The notes under the pieces were generated by a model. That model was not told the DNA's origin, made no database searches, and saw nothing but the letters and a program-made list of their open reading frames with translations. Positions 40,447-40,694 of a stretch of DNA of 40,694 nt are shown here, piece by piece. Position numbers and translations under genes: made by a program. Positions within the stretch are counted from its first letter, which is position 1. The number at the start of each line of letters is the position of its first letter. The stretch comes from an archaeon (GTDB taxonomy: Archaea; B1Sed10-29; JAJSAI01), in NCBI GenBank assembly GCA_024274695.1, contig JAJSAI010000012.1, positions 1 through 40,694 on the forward strand, given 5' to 3'.

Positions 40447-40694
40447 GTGGACAGCACCAAAGAAAAGGGAATAGAATACCTGGAAAAAGAGAATGCTAAA
40501 AAGCTGAGGGAACTCAGCGAGAGGATAATGGACGAGGCCGTGCTTGACCAGGACAAAGAAAAGGCGGAGCTCGCGGTACTCTACTACGCCCTGTCCAAGA
40601 TCATGTCAAAAGTGCATTTCACGAGAGAGGCCAAGTGGAAGGACTTCAAAGAGCACGTGATCTCAGACCTAACTTCAGGAAAGAAGGTGAGTGA
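40447..40694 (+). CDS. Hypothetical protein (truncated by the window end)
   Basis: Open frame from GTG immediately after the fen stop: MDSTKEKGIEYLEKENAKKLRELSERIMDEA...AVLYYALSKI. Confidence 0.65.
   Translation, partial: MDSTKEKGIEYLEKENAKKLRELSERIMDEAVLDQDKEKAELAVLYYALSKIMSKVHFTREAKWKDFKEHVISDLTSGKKVS

Overview
Core-genome segment of an archaeon, probably a thermophilic DPANN-type lineage. The taxonomy is an inference from the divergent 16S (5' end ACTCCAGTTGATCCTGCTGGA), GC-rich rRNA stems and compact gene packing. The window holds a linked 16S-23S rRNA operon (no spacer tRNA-Ala, no 5S; both bulge-helix-bulge processing stems visible), RNase P RNA, SRP RNA and tRNA-Ile(GAU). It also carries about 50 CDSs, including Dph6 plus a glutamine amidotransferase, a DEAD-box helicase, SfsA, AlaX-M, archaeal SAM synthetase, two divergent histone-fold proteins, a PRC-barrel protein, FtsZ2, Hsp20, MBF1, a site-2 protease, two exported Lon-type protease domains, FEN1, glycosyltransferases and transporters. 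I found no mobile element, CRISPR array or rRNA intron. The most striking signal is that the core RNAs are remodelled. The 23S peptidyl-transferase centre carries many substitutions at near-universal positions while its helices covary, 23S helices 8-9 near the tunnel exit appear lost, and the SRP RNA lacks helix 6 (the SRP19 site). The RNase P RNA is M-type-like, and two 16S P-site modification positions are changed. Candidate protein systems are a membrane-tethered CxC regulator paired with an exported thioredoxin across a shared operator, a glutaminase coupled to Dph6, a PRC-barrel plus acidic histone operon, and a frameshifted micro-ORF coupled to a coiled-coil histone. All alignments were done by eye; no database searches were run.
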